A stretch of DNA of 64,000 nt, taken from Candidatus Gottesmanbacteria bacterium (GTDB lineage: Bacteria; Patescibacteriota; Microgenomatia; 2-02-FULL-39-11). A model generated the notes under the pieces. That model had not been told where the DNA came from and made no database searches. It saw only the letters and a program-made list of their open reading frames with translations. Made by a program: the position numbers and the translations under genes. Location of the stretch: assembly GCA_016186795.1 (NCBI GenBank), contig JACPKY010000002.1, positions 604,771-668,770 of the forward strand, given 5' to 3'. The first letter of the stretch is position 1, and every line of letters starts with the position of its first letter. Positions 19,952-29,864 of the stretch are shown here, in pieces.

Positions 19952-21280
19952 TTACCGGTACAGAAGTCTTAACAGTGTCCGCGTTACCGTAATTGCGCTA
20001 AAAAGGGAAACGAGAATACCAATTGCAAGTGTTACAGCAAACCCACGTACCACTCCTGTTCCAAACCAATAAAGTATTGCACAAGTAATAAGAGATGAAG
20101 CGTTGGAATCACGAATTGAAGGGAATGCTCGATCAAATCCTAAACGCAGTGCAGTTTGATAATCTTTTCCCCATCTGAGTTCCTCTTTTATGCGCTCAAA
20201 AATGAGAATGTTGGCATCAACTGCCATTCCAATTGAGAGAATAAATCCGGTAATGCCAGCAAGTGTCAAAGTTACCGGTATCATCTTAAAAAGAGCAAAA
20301 ACGGTAAGTGTATAAAGGATAAGAGCAATATCTGCAATCAGTCCTAACAGTCCGTACTGAATTATCATAAAAGTTCCCACAATGAAAAGTCCAATCATTC
20401 CTGCAAAAAGACTTTTTGTAACGGAAGAAACTCCAAGGGTTGCACCAACGTTTCTCTGTTCGATAACTTTCAACGGTACCGGAAGTGCTCCGGCATTTAA
20501 TGCAATGGAAAGTTGTTTGGCCTCGTCAGCGGAAAATGAACCTTGAATAACGGCTCTCCCTCCAGATATTGCAGTATTCACCTGCGGAGCAGAAAGGAGC
20601 TCTTCGTCTAAAAATATAGCAAGTGTTTTGCCTACAGATCGTTTTGTAATTTCTTCAAAAAGGGTTGCACCTTCTGAATCAAACTCTAGACTGACTTCAG
20701 GTTTCCCGGTATTTTGGTCAAATGTTACTTCACTCCGTTTGAGATGTTTTCCGCTAAGACCTGTTGGGCTAGACCAAATGCTTTTGGCTGACGATGGTGT
20801 TGCAATTTGTGCAGACTTCGTCCCTTCTTCAAAAAATGTCAACTGTGCTGTTCTCCCAACAAGCTCTATTGCTTGATTAGCATCATCAATCCCAGGCATC
20901 TCAACGATGATTCGTTTACTTGATCCTATATTTGCTTTTTGAACAACAGACTCTGTCAGCCCATAAAGATTAATTCTTCGCTCCACAACATCACGAGCAG
21001 AATCAAATGCCTTCTCTTGATCGGTAGAAGATATGCCGGAGAGATCTGCCTCTAAGACTAAGTGAGTTCCACCGGAAAGGTCAAGCCCATACCGACCATT
21101 GAGATCATTTCTTATCTGCAAAGGTCCAACTGATACGTTGAGTGCCGGCCCAGAAATGGTGCGGTCGAAAGTCAAAGGGCCAAGAGTAAACTGCATACGG
21201 AGTTCTTTTGGTAGAGATACAATTGCTGATAAGACAAAAAGTATAGCAATAAACCACAATCGAAAACCGAAGTACTTCAT
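19952..21280 (-). CDS. secD: protein translocase subunit SecD
   Basis: SecD periplasmic domain plus a six-TM C-terminal region. Confidence 0.8.
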   Translation of the reverse strand: MKYFGFRLWFIAILFVLSAIVSLPKELRMQFTLGPLTFDRTISGPALNVSVGPLQIRNDLNGRYGLDLSGGTHLVLEADLSGISSTDQEKAFDSARDVVERRINLYGLTESVVQKANIGSSKRIIVEMPGIDDANQAIELVGRTAQLTFFEEGTKSAQIATPSSAKSIWSSPTGLSGKHLKRSEVTFDQNTGKPEVSLEFDSEGATLFEEITKRSVGKTLAIFLDEELLSAPQVNTAISGGRAVIQGSFSADEAKQLSIALNAGALPVPLKVIEQRNVGATLGVSSVTKSLFAGMIGLFIVGTFMIIQYGLLGLIADIALILYTLTVFALFKMIPVTLTLAGITGFILSIGMAVDANILIFERIKEELRWGKDYQTALRLGFDRAFPSIRDSNASSLITCAILYWFGTGVVRGFAVTLAIGILVSLFSAITVTRTLLRLLYR

Positions 21281-21468
21281 GACGCTTGTTTTGAGGAGGG
21301 TAAACGGAGCTGTACAGCACCACTAAATTTTAGTCGGATAATGCCGGTGTCAACATTTGCCTCAACCATAACGGAATCACCCGCCTTAATTCCTAAGGCG
21401 TGAACAAACCGTGCAGGGATCGTAACTCCTAAGCTATAAGTACCACTTTTAACAACTTTTTGATGCAT
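21277..21468 (-). CDS. AbrB/MazE/SpoVT-type DNA-binding domain protein
   Basis: The swapped-hairpin motif SLGVTIPARFVHALGIKAGDSVMV. Confidence 0.4.
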   Translation of the reverse strand: MHQKVVKSGTYSLGVTIPARFVHALGIKAGDSVMVEANVDTGIIRLKFSGAVQLRLPSSKQAS

Positions 21469-21473
21469 AGCTT

Positions 21474-22049
21474 TTATGAGACGAGCTCTTCTTCGTCACC
21501 AATGACCATGATGCGTGACCCCCGAAGAATCTCAAGAACAAATGGATCACGTCGTTTCTTTCTAAACTCAAACTCTTCCTCACTCATAACTGTGTAGTTA
21601 ATTTCTCTCTCTCGCCGCACCTCTTCTTCTTTTACAATTTGTGAAAGTTCGGGAAGCACTATCTTTCCAACAACCAGAAGATCTACTGAGTTGGTTCCTT
21701 TCGTAGATACCCGAGCAAAACTCCCAGCAACCATTGCAAATTTAACTTTTCCAAGTCTTACCTTGTTTTTGATAATTTCCCCGCCCATCCCAGATGATTT
21801 TACAATCAACTCAAGAAGGTCAAAGTACAGTGGGTAATCTTTTCTGAGAGCATAAAAGAGTCGATTGGCTCTATGTTCTTTACTCATCAAGCCAATCTTT
21901 TCCAAATGAGCAAGCTCACGCCTCACGGCGTTTATCTCCTCACTTGTACGGCGGACGATTTCTCGAACATGAAATATTTTCCCCGGGGAAAGAAAAAATA
22001 GTTGTAATATCTTTACCCGGACTCGAGAAACGATAAGATCTTTTAACAT
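21474..22049 (-). CDS. winged-helix HTH fused to a minimal nucleotidyltransferase (MNT) domain
   Basis: N-terminal ArsR-like HTH and the nucleotidyltransferase motif GSFARVSTKGTNSVDLLVVG. Confidence 0.5.
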   Translation of the reverse strand: MLKDLIVSRVRVKILQLFFLSPGKIFHVREIVRRTSEEINAVRRELAHLEKIGLMSKEHRANRLFYALRKDYPLYFDLLELIVKSSGMGGEIIKNKVRLGKVKFAMVAGSFARVSTKGTNSVDLLVVGKIVLPELSQIVKEEEVRREREINYTVMSEEEFEFRKKRRDPFVLEILRGSRIMVIGDEEELVS

Positions 22050-22123
22050 TCTCCTCCTTTCTGATGGTTTTAACTTGCGTAGTCAAAATCCATCTTCTCC
22101 GGGCAGATTTTTCAAATACTAGA

Positions 22124-23296
22124 TTAATAGGTTACCTGGTTTACACTTGGAATAACCTCAATCCATATAGGACCCTTATTGAACTTCACTTCTTTACCTT
22201 TCTCATCAAAATAGACTGTCCGTGCCGTTCGAGTTTTCTTACTCCATGTCCCTTCTATCACTTTCCCATCCTGAAAAATCAGTGCTTTCCCCGTACCAAT
22301 TGTTCCGTAGAGTAAATGACCGTGGTCATCAACTGGTCCGGTGATCTTTGTAAGTTGGACGACAATATTTTTAGCAGAAAGTTGCTGTTGCGCTTCGAGA
22401 TCAAAATGAGGAGCTCCTCCGCTTACTCTTTTATAGGTACCTTCGGTCGCATCGTAGTTCCATGAAACGTCGTATTTACTATATCCAGGAGAAAATATGA
22501 TACTTACAGTATTTGTTGTTCCTCGATCTGATGATGGTGCGTCATCTTTAAATGTCCAAGATTTGAAATTTTTATCCCAAGAAATACCATCTTCGTCGAC
22601 GTTTGTCCACTCTCTTTTTTGGGCAATTTTATAGAGATTGTCTGAAAAACATACCATGGTATGTTCTGTTGCGACAGGATGATCGAGTCTATCAGGATTC
22701 CTATAACAATCGGGGTAACCGATACCAAATTGGTCAAGATCTTTAATTCCATACTGGCCGATCTGACAGAGAGCTTTCGCACGTGGATCAACGGTATCAT
22801 CTGGACATCTTCCTGCTCCTCCAACATGATTGTATAACGCATCGTATTCTGAAACCCAATCAAGAAAGTAGGTACGAGCAGAGCGAACAGGTGCAAAGGT
22901 AATATTCTCCATGGGCGTATTACAGTAAAAAACACCCATAAGCCGTGTAATCCATCCTTCTGCTAACGCTTCGTAGACAACGTCAGCTCGAGAAAGGCCT
23001 GATTGAGGACGAGCTTCTTCACTATTTTCAATCATGACAGCAAGAGGCCGACGTGTTGCCCAAATATCTTTCTCCTCCCCTGTATACATCATGCCATTCA
23101 AAGGACATACCTGATCGCGAGGGACAGATGGATCTACTTTATACTTTGGCTTTTGAGAGGGTGAAACTTTTGGAGATTCGGAAGGAGTAACACTTGACGC
23201 TCCACCTCGTAAGGCACTAAATCCAGCGTAGGATAAACCCGTGCTAAGAAGATAAAGGACAAATCCTGCTCCAAAGAGCATAATTTTTCTATTCAT
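22124..23296 (-). CDS. secreted DUF3048-like protein (YerB family)
   Basis: Signal peptide and the motif RPLAVMIENSEEARPQSGLSRADVVYEALAEGWITRLMGVF. Confidence 0.4.
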   Translation of the reverse strand: MNRKIMLFGAGFVLYLLSTGLSYAGFSALRGGASSVTPSESPKVSPSQKPKYKVDPSVPRDQVCPLNGMMYTGEEKDIWATRRPLAVMIENSEEARPQSGLSRADVVYEALAEGWITRLMGVFYCNTPMENITFAPVRSARTYFLDWVSEYDALYNHVGGAGRCPDDTVDPRAKALCQIGQYGIKDLDQFGIGYPDCYRNPDRLDHPVATEHTMVCFSDNLYKIAQKREWTNVDEDGISWDKNFKSWTFKDDAPSSDRGTTNTVSIIFSPGYSKYDVSWNYDATEGTYKRVSGGAPHFDLEAQQQLSAKNIVVQLTKITGPVDDHGHLLYGTIGTGKALIFQDGKVIEGTWSKKTRTARTVYFDEKGKEVKFNKGPIWIEVIPSVNQVTY

Positions 23297-23350
23297 AGAC
23301 CCACATTGTACAACAAAAGGATACTATCATTCTAGTTGGCATATTGACTA

Positions 23351-23845
23351 TCACCTCTGGCTTTTTTTGTTTTTCCTTTTATCATGAAGAGATACTGCAT
23401 CGCGTATTGCTTTCTGTTCCTCGGAAGAAAGCTGATGATCTTCTCCCTTTCCTCCTACAACGTTTTTTGCATACCACCGTGTCATTCCACGTCCATGAAG
23501 AGATGTTAATACAATTCCATTGTCTTCACCATCTAAAAGGGCCAGGATAAAACTCTGATCTCCCCCTGTATCTGCGAATGGATTAAACCTCAGTATTCCA
23601 ACTTTCTGAATATTGGATCTTCCCGCAACGACAATCTCATCTAGCTTTGCATCCAAATCGCTTGAAACTCTTTTGTTTTTATCTAATTCCTGAAGAATTC
23701 TATCCAATACTTCTGATAACGTCTCTTTCTTACTACCTTTCACCAACTGATCATAATGGCGTTTCACTCTGTAAACATAGACTGACAACAGTACAAGCCA
23801 AACGACACCTCCGACTATCAAGAGACTGAAGAGTGTGGTATTCAT
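23351..23845 (-). CDS. DUF4446 family membrane-anchored protein
   Basis: N-terminal TM helix and the motif FNPFADTGGDQSFILALLD. Confidence 0.4.
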   Translation of the reverse strand: MNTTLFSLLIVGGVVWLVLLSVYVYRVKRHYDQLVKGSKKETLSEVLDRILQELDKNKRVSSDLDAKLDEIVVAGRSNIQKVGILRFNPFADTGGDQSFILALLDGEDNGIVLTSLHGRGMTRWYAKNVVGGKGEDHQLSSEEQKAIRDAVSLHDKRKNKKSQR

Positions 23846-24256
23846 TCACAAATGAGTACACTATGTATTCATAGTCTACTTACTTTACAAGATACTGTCA
23901 ATATGTTAAGCTCACTTGACTTCGTATGCCAAGAAGAACAAGGAAAGAAAAACTACTTCGTGATATCCACCGGAAAAAGCTTTCCACTTTCTCTCATTTT
24001 GTCAAGACCCAAAATCAATCTCAGCCTCAAACAGTCCTGCCAGCCTCCACGACGGATTCACCTTATGAATTCCGTACCATCACAAAGCCAAAAGAAGTAA
24101 AATCAATCTCAGACTATCAATACGTACGACATGACATTATAAAAATTACTATATTTACAACAGCTGTGTTTTTTTTCCAGTGTATGCTATATTTCCTGCT
24201 ACAGAGAGGTTAAGCAGATTTTGATGAATTTTTCATGTGGAAGGAGGTGAAAATAT

Positions 24257-24397
24257 ATGGCAGAAATGTATTGTGTGAAATGTCGAGCAAAAAGAGATGA
24301 CCCCAACGCAGTGAAAGTTACCATGAAAAATGGTAAACCCGCAATGAAAGGAAAGTGTCCAGTTTGCGGAACCGGGATGTACAAAATTGGAGGCTAA
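24257..24397 (+). CDS. DUF5679-type small zinc-ribbon protein (46 aa)
   Basis: A perfect RBS (AAGGAGGTGA) lies 7 nt upstream. The protein has two CxxC pairs (MAEMYCVKCRAK...CPVCGTGMYKIGG). It is below the 60-aa ORF-track cutoff. Confidence 0.55.
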   Translation: MAEMYCVKCRAKRDDPNAVKVTMKNGKPAMKGKCPVCGTGMYKIGG

Positions 24398-24420
24398 ATA
24401 AAAGTTTACCCTACAAAAAT

Positions 24421-24454
24421 GAAAAACCCGGGGTTCTGTACCTCGGGTTTTTAC
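24421..24454. terminator. bidirectional rho-independent terminator
   Basis: GAAAAACCCGGGG-ttctgtacct-CGGGTTTTTAC sits between convergent genes. Confidence 0.5.
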
Positions 24455-25080
24455 TGCTTTACGGCAACAATCTTATGAACAATATTAAACGGCCCGAAAT
24501 CTTCACGGGTTGTTTTAAATCCGTATTCATCAAAATATTTTTCGTTATCACGCTCAAGCCGTAAAGAGGTTTGAATACTGACGATTTTAAAAAGAGTTTG
24601 CGCAATTATGTTGCGATCTTTCGGCATTCCGCCGGCAATAATAATTATTTTCCCTCCTTTTTTCAGCACCCGCCGCATTTCCTCTATCGCTTTTCGAATA
24701 TCTGCAATTTCTGCTAAAACAAACGTCATCACAATACAATCAAAGGTACTATCTTTAAAGGGGAGATGGTACACGGATTGATGCAAAATATCGATGTCAT
24801 ACCCTGCTTGTTTTGCTCGCTTCCTTGCCTCATATGCCATCCCGCTGCGAAGTTCAATACCGGTTACGGTATAACCTTTTTTTGCCATCCGAAGCATAAG
24901 TTTCCCAGGTCCGACACCAATTTCTAGAATTGAGGATCCAGTGATATCAGGAAATACACGCTCCTGCCATTTCTCCCACTGTCCAACAGAAAGAAGCTGG
25001 GTAATACCGTCATAAAAAAGAGGGAACGCGTGGTAGGCGCGATAGAAGAGGTCAAAAAGTTTTAAACGGGTCAGTCGCAT
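24451..25080 (-). CDS. class I SAM-dependent methyltransferase
   Basis: Motif I (LEIGVGPGKL). The start was trimmed to MRLTRLKLF to remove a spurious N-terminal extension. Confidence 0.65.
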   Translation of the reverse strand: MRLTRLKLFDLFYRAYHAFPLFYDGITQLLSVGQWEKWQERVFPDITGSSILEIGVGPGKLMLRMAKKGYTVTGIELRSGMAYEARKRAKQAGYDIDILHQSVYHLPFKDSTFDCIVMTFVLAEIADIRKAIEEMRRVLKKGGKIIIIAGGMPKDRNIIAQTLFKIVSIQTSLRLERDNEKYFDEYGFKTTREDFGPFNIVHKIVAVKQ

Positions 25081-25145
25081 AGAAGCGGCTAGAGGCGAGT
25101 ATAGCACCCATTGACAGAGAAAGTAAAGATGTGTATATTCCGGGT

Positions 25146-25208
25146 ATGAATATGAATCTCTCAAACCTTTCACTTCTCCTTCTTGGAGAAGGTGAATTCG
25201 TGGTTTGA
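25146..25208 (+). CDS. leu operon leader peptide (MNMNLSNLSLLLLGEGEFVV)
   Basis: A 20-codon ORF with six Leu codons, including four consecutive (ctt ctc ctt ctt), followed by a terminator abutting the leuA start. Confidence 0.5.
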   Translation: MNMNLSNLSLLLLGEGEFVV

Positions 25209-25270
25209 GAGAATAGAAAAAAACAAACAACTGAATAATAAAATGACCTCTCAAACCAGAGAGGTTTTTT
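25159..25270 (+). promoter_or_regulatory. transcription attenuator of the leu operon
   Basis: Segment 1 is tctcaaacc (25159-25167), segment 2 ggtttgaga (25202-25210) and segment 3 tctcaaacc (25249-25257). The terminator is acctctc-aaacca-gagaggt plus T6 (25246-25270). Segment 2 can pair with either segment 1 or segment 3, the mutually exclusive alternatives of a classic attenuator. Confidence 0.55.
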
Positions 25271-25275
25271 GATGC

Positions 25276-26778
25276 ATGAAAAAACAAAAAATTTTTATCT
25301 TTGATACTACCCTTCGTGATGGCGAGCAAACGCCTGGAGCAAAACTCAATACGAATCAAAAAGTAACACTGGCAAGACAGCTCGAAGTGTTAGGCGTTGA
25401 TGTTATTGAGGCGGGATTTCCAATTTCATCACCTGGTGATTTCCGCTCAGTGGTGGAAGTTTCAAAGGTAATTAAGAAGGCTACAATCTGTGGACTTACC
25501 CGTGCAATACCCAAAGATATCGAGGTTGCGGCTGATGCTCTACGATTTGCCAAACGTCCCCGAATACATACCGGAATTGGTGCATCTGATATCCATATCA
25601 AATATAAATTTAAATCTACCCGCGAAGAAATTCTCGCTCGAGGAATTTCTGCAGTAAAATATGCGAAAAGATTTGTTGGCGATGTAGAATTTTATGCCGA
25701 AGATGCGGGACGAGCAGAGAATGAATTTCTCGCAAGAATGGTTGAGGAGGTGATCAAAGCTGGAGCAACCGTTGTGAATATTCCAGATACAACCGGATAC
25801 TGTTTCCCTGAGGAATTCGGCGCAAAAGTAAAATATCTTTTCGACCATGTGACAAATATCGATCGAGCAATTATTTCTGTCCATTGCCACAATGACATAG
25901 GCCTTGCGACAGCCAATACTATTACCGGGATAGCAAATGGGGCAAGACAAGTGGAAGTAACAGTGAATGGTATCGGAGAACGGGCTGGAAATACTTCCTT
26001 GGAAGAAGTTGTTATGGCTATATATACAAGACGTGAGTATCTCCCCTACCAGACAAATATCAAAACTTCCGAAATCGCCAAAACAAGCAAAATGGTTTCT
26101 CAAATCATGGGAATACCAGTCCAACCCAATAAAGCGATTGTGGGAGCAAATGCATTTGCACATTCATCCGGCATACACCAAGATGGGGTTTTGAAGAGGC
26201 GGGAAAACTACGAAATTATTGATCCAAAAATTGTCGGCTTTGACAAATCGCATATTGTGTTAACTGCAAGATCCGGACGGGCGGCTCTTCGGCACAAGTT
26301 AGAGACGATTGGAATAAAAATGGAGAAAAAAGAACTCGATATGCTCTATGAAAAATTCCTTCGACTTGCAGATATCAAGAAAGAAATCTATGAAGATGAT
26401 TTACGATTTTTGGCAGGTCAAAAAGAAGAAACAAATCACAAAAAAGTAAAACTTGTACTTATCCAAGCAGTGTCAGGGAATAAAAACATTCCAACGGCAA
26501 CAGTACGATTATTAATTAACAGTCAAACCCGAGAGGCAGTAGGTATTGGGGATGGACCAATTGATGCAAGTTTCAAGGCAATCGATGCATGTATTGGGAA
26601 AAAATATTCACTGGAACACTTTATGATTCAGGCTGTTACAGTGGGATCTGATGCTATGGCAAATGTCAATGTGGCACTTAAAAAAGGAAATAAAATATTT
26701 TGGGGGACCGGAACAAATACCGACACGATTGTTGCGGCTGTTCTTTCCTATATTGATGCACTGAATAAATTTCTATAA
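25276..26778 (+). CDS. leuA: 2-isopropylmalate synthase / citramalate synthase family, with C-terminal LeuA_dimer regulatory domain
   Basis: HMGL-like N-terminus ([10 protein letters not shown]) and a C-terminal [13 protein letters not shown] regulatory domain. Confidence 0.8.
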   Translation: MKKQKIFIFDTTLRDGEQTPGAKLNTNQKVTLARQLEVLGVDVIEAGFPISSPGDFRSVVEVSKVIKKATICGLTRAIPKDIEVAADALRFAKRPRIHTGIGASDIHIKYKFKSTREEILARGISAVKYAKRFVGDVEFYAEDAGRAENEFLARMVEEVIKAGATVVNIPDTTGYCFPEEFGAKVKYLFDHVTNIDRAIISVHCHNDIGLATANTITGIANGARQVEVTVNGIGERAGNTSLEEVVMAIYTRREYLPYQTNIKTSEIAKTSKMVSQIMGIPVQPNKAIVGANAFAHSSGIHQDGVLKRRENYEIIDPKIVGFDKSHIVLTARSGRAALRHKLETIGIKMEKKELDMLYEKFLRLADIKKEIYEDDLRFLAGQKEETNHKKVKLVLIQAVSGNKNIPTATVRLLINSQTREAVGIGDGPIDASFKAIDACIGKKYSLEHFMIQAVTVGSDAMANVNVALKKGNKIFWGTGTNTDTIVAAVLSYIDALNKFL

Positions 26779-26780
26779 TA

Positions 26781-28181
26781 ATGAAACCAAAAACACTTTT
26801 TGAAAAAATCTGGGAATCTCATGTTGTTACGAAAGAAAAAGGTACTCCCTCACTTCTCTATATTGATGCCCATCTTATTCACGAAGTCACCAGCCCTCAA
26901 GCATTTGCGAATCTTCGGAAAAAAAATCTAAACGTACGAAGAACTGATAAAACATTTGCAACCGTTGATCATAACGTTTCCACAACAAGTCAAAGAAATA
27001 TAAAAGATGCGCTTTCCCGAGTGCAGGTAGAAACCTTGGAAAGAAATTGCAAAGATTTTGGAATTGAACTCTTTGGACTTAATAGTCCAAATCAGGGAAT
27101 TGTCCATGTTATTGGACCAGAACTAGGAATAACCAAACCGGGAATGACAATCGTTTGTGGAGATTCCCACACTTCAACCCATGGCGCGTTTGGAACACTC
27201 GCTTTTGGTATTGGAACAACCGAAGTAGAGCATGTACTGGCAACGCAGTGCTTACTCCAACAGCCCATGAAGATCATGGAGGTACGAATTGATGGAACTC
27301 TGGGAAAAGGAGTAACGGCAAAAGATGTTATTTTGACTATACTTTCTAAAATCGGCACAAAAGGGGGAATTGGGTATTGCATTGAATACACAGGATCAAC
27401 AATGCAAAACATGAATATGGAAGGAAGGATGACCATCTGCAATATGAGTATTGAAGGTGGGGCTCGAGCCGGAATGATTGCTCCAGATGAGATTACATTT
27501 GCCTATCTGAAGGGTAGACAGTTTAGTCCTAAACAAGAAAAATGGGAAGAATCTTTGAAGAGATGGAAATCACTTCGTACTGATCCCGATGCACCGTATG
27601 ATAAAACTGTCATCATCGAGGCCAAAAAAATTGCACCGTTAGTTACATGGGGTACTGATCCGTCTACCGGGATTCCGATCCATGAGAAAATACCACACCC
27701 AAACAAAATGCAGTCGAAAGATCAAAAAATAACAAGTGAAAAAGCACTTACCTATATGGCGCTTAAACCAGGGATGAGACTTGAGGGATTCCCTATCGAT
27801 TATGTTTTTATAGGAAGCTGCACGAACGCTAGAATTTCAGATCTTCGAGAGGCGGCAAAAATTATCAAAGGAAAAAAAGTAAAAAACACTGTCACTGCAT
27901 GGGTCGTACCTGGCTCCAGACAAATAAAACGACAAGCAGAAAAAGAAGGATTGGATAAGATATTCCATTCTGCAGGATTCGAGTGGCGATGGTCTGGATG
28001 TAGTGCGTGTATTGCCATGAATGATGACAAAATCCCACCAGGAAAATACTGTATATCAACCAGTAACCGAAATTATGAAGGACGACAAGGACCCGGATCT
28101 CGGACTTTCTTGGCAAGCCCTATTATGGCAGCAGCAGCAGCAATTGAAGGGAAGATTACCGATGTGAGGAATTATTTGTAG
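26781..28181 (+). CDS. leuC: 3-isopropylmalate dehydratase large subunit
   Basis: Aconitase-family Fe-S ligand motifs. Confidence 0.9.
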   Translation: MKPKTLFEKIWESHVVTKEKGTPSLLYIDAHLIHEVTSPQAFANLRKKNLNVRRTDKTFATVDHNVSTTSQRNIKDALSRVQVETLERNCKDFGIELFGLNSPNQGIVHVIGPELGITKPGMTIVCGDSHTSTHGAFGTLAFGIGTTEVEHVLATQCLLQQPMKIMEVRIDGTLGKGVTAKDVILTILSKIGTKGGIGYCIEYTGSTMQNMNMEGRMTICNMSIEGGARAGMIAPDEITFAYLKGRQFSPKQEKWEESLKRWKSLRTDPDAPYDKTVIIEAKKIAPLVTWGTDPSTGIPIHEKIPHPNKMQSKDQKITSEKALTYMALKPGMRLEGFPIDYVFIGSCTNARISDLREAAKIIKGKKVKNTVTAWVVPGSRQIKRQAEKEGLDKIFHSAGFEWRWSGCSACIAMNDDKIPPGKYCISTSNRNYEGRQGPGSRTFLASPIMAAAAAIEGKITDVRNYL

Positions 28182-28185
28182 ACCT

Positions 28186-28782
28186 ATGAAGAAATTTCAT
28201 AAATTATTTTCCACATGTCTTCCAGTTAGAGAAGAAAATATTGACACAGACCAAATAGTGCCTGCTCGATTTTTAAAGGTCACATCGCGGGAAGGGTTTG
28301 GAACGTACCTGTTCTATGATTGGCGATTTGACAAATCCTTCGGCGGTGCTCAGGATAAATCCAATACAAAATGTGTTTTTAATAATCCGAAATATAAAGG
28401 GGCAAAAATTCTCGTTGCAGGAAATAATTTCGGCTGCGGCTCCAGTCGAGAACACGCCGCATGGGCAATTGCCGAATATGGATTTCGAGTTGTGGTCTCC
28501 AGTTCGTTTGGAGACATTTTTTACAATAATGCGTTAAAAAATGGACTGCTGCCAATTAGTGTAAAACCTAAAGAATTGGAAATACTTTTCCAAATAATAG
28601 AAAAAAAATCCCAAACTGAAATTACTGTCGATTTGAAAAAGCAAAAGATCCATACTTTCCATTTCCCGATCGATTCTTTTCGAAAAACCTGCCTTCTTAA
28701 GGGCGTTGACGAGTTAGGGTATATTTTGTCTCACGAGGGTAAAATTAAACAATTTGAACAGAGGCAGAATATCTTTGTATGA
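28186..28782 (+). CDS. leuD: 3-isopropylmalate dehydratase small subunit
   Basis: Aconitase swivel domain; gene order leuC-leuD. Confidence 0.85.
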   Translation: MKKFHKLFSTCLPVREENIDTDQIVPARFLKVTSREGFGTYLFYDWRFDKSFGGAQDKSNTKCVFNNPKYKGAKILVAGNNFGCGSSREHAAWAIAEYGFRVVVSSSFGDIFYNNALKNGLLPISVKPKELEILFQIIEKKSQTEITVDLKKQKIHTFHFPIDSFRKTCLLKGVDELGYILSHEGKIKQFEQRQNIFV

Positions 28783-29852
28783 AAAAAACAATTGCAGTAC
28801 TACCGGGAGATGGAGTTGGACCAGAGATCATCGATCAAGCAGTAAAAGTTTTGCAAAAAGTTGCAAAGATTTATCATCATGAGTTTTCATTTGAATACGG
28901 CTTAATTGGAACAACTGCTATTGAAAAAACAGGTAATCCCTTACCTGATCAAACATTGAAACTTTGCAAAGATTCTGATGCAATTCTTTTTGGAGCAATT
29001 GGAGATCAGAAATATGATAACGACCCGAGTGCAAAAATTCGTCCTGAACAGGGACTTTTAGAACTTCGAAAATCTCTAGCACTCTTTGTAAACATTCGTC
29101 CTATTTTTGTTTTTCCCACACTCATCAATTCTTCACCACTCAAGGCAGAGGTAGTGAAAGATTCCGACTTTATTGTGATACGTGAACTTACCGGCGGAAT
29201 ATATTTTGGGAAACCAAGAATGAGAAAGAATCATGGAAAAACTGCAATTGATACATCGATATATTCGGAATCAGAAATTGAACGAATTGCCCGTGTGGCG
29301 TTTGAGATTTCCCGAAAACGAAATAAGAATGTTGTATCTATAGATAAAGCCAATGTTCTGGAAACTTCCCGCTTATGGAGGGAAACTGTGACGAAAACTG
29401 GGAAAGAATATCCAGACGTAGAATTATCTCATATGTTTGTTGATACTGCTTCCATGCAAATAATAAAAAATCCACAACAATTTGATGTTATTCTTACAGA
29501 AAATATGTTTGGAGATATTCTTACAGACGAAGCATCAGTTATATCCGGATCGATCGGCCTTTTGCCATCAGCATCCATTGGAGAAAGACATGCACTATAT
29601 GAACCCATCCATGGAGCCTATAACAAAGCCGCAGGGAAAAATACTGCAAATCCAATTGCTGCTATTCTTTCTGTTGAGATGATGCTGAAATATAGTTTTC
29701 ATCTGGTAAAAGAATGGAAATGCATCTGGAATGCTGTAGTAAAAACACTGGAGGAGGGATGGAGGACGAAAGATCTTGTGGCAAAAGAAACAGAGAAAGA
29801 AAAAGTCATCGGAACAAAAGAGATGGGAGATAAAATAACTAATAATATCTGA
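28779..29852 (+). CDS. leuB: 3-isopropylmalate dehydrogenase
   Basis: Isocitrate/isopropylmalate dehydrogenase motifs (NMFGDILTDEASVISGSIGLLPSAS). Confidence 0.9.
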   Translation: MKKTIAVLPGDGVGPEIIDQAVKVLQKVAKIYHHEFSFEYGLIGTTAIEKTGNPLPDQTLKLCKDSDAILFGAIGDQKYDNDPSAKIRPEQGLLELRKSLALFVNIRPIFVFPTLINSSPLKAEVVKDSDFIVIRELTGGIYFGKPRMRKNHGKTAIDTSIYSESEIERIARVAFEISRKRNKNVVSIDKANVLETSRLWRETVTKTGKEYPDVELSHMFVDTASMQIIKNPQQFDVILTENMFGDILTDEASVISGSIGLLPSASIGERHALYEPIHGAYNKAAGKNTANPIAAILSVEMMLKYSFHLVKEWKCIWNAVVKTLEEGWRTKDLVAKETEKEKVIGTKEMGDKITNNI

Positions 29853-29864
29853 TAAAATTAATTA

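Noticed and set aside
23926-24213. 95-aa ORF with a C-terminal TM helix in the 400-bp gap upstream of the DUF5679 gene
   Set aside because: It has no RBS and an atypical composition, and it overlaps another frame's ORF (23852..24100). It may still be a real small membrane protein; this cannot be decided from sequence alone.
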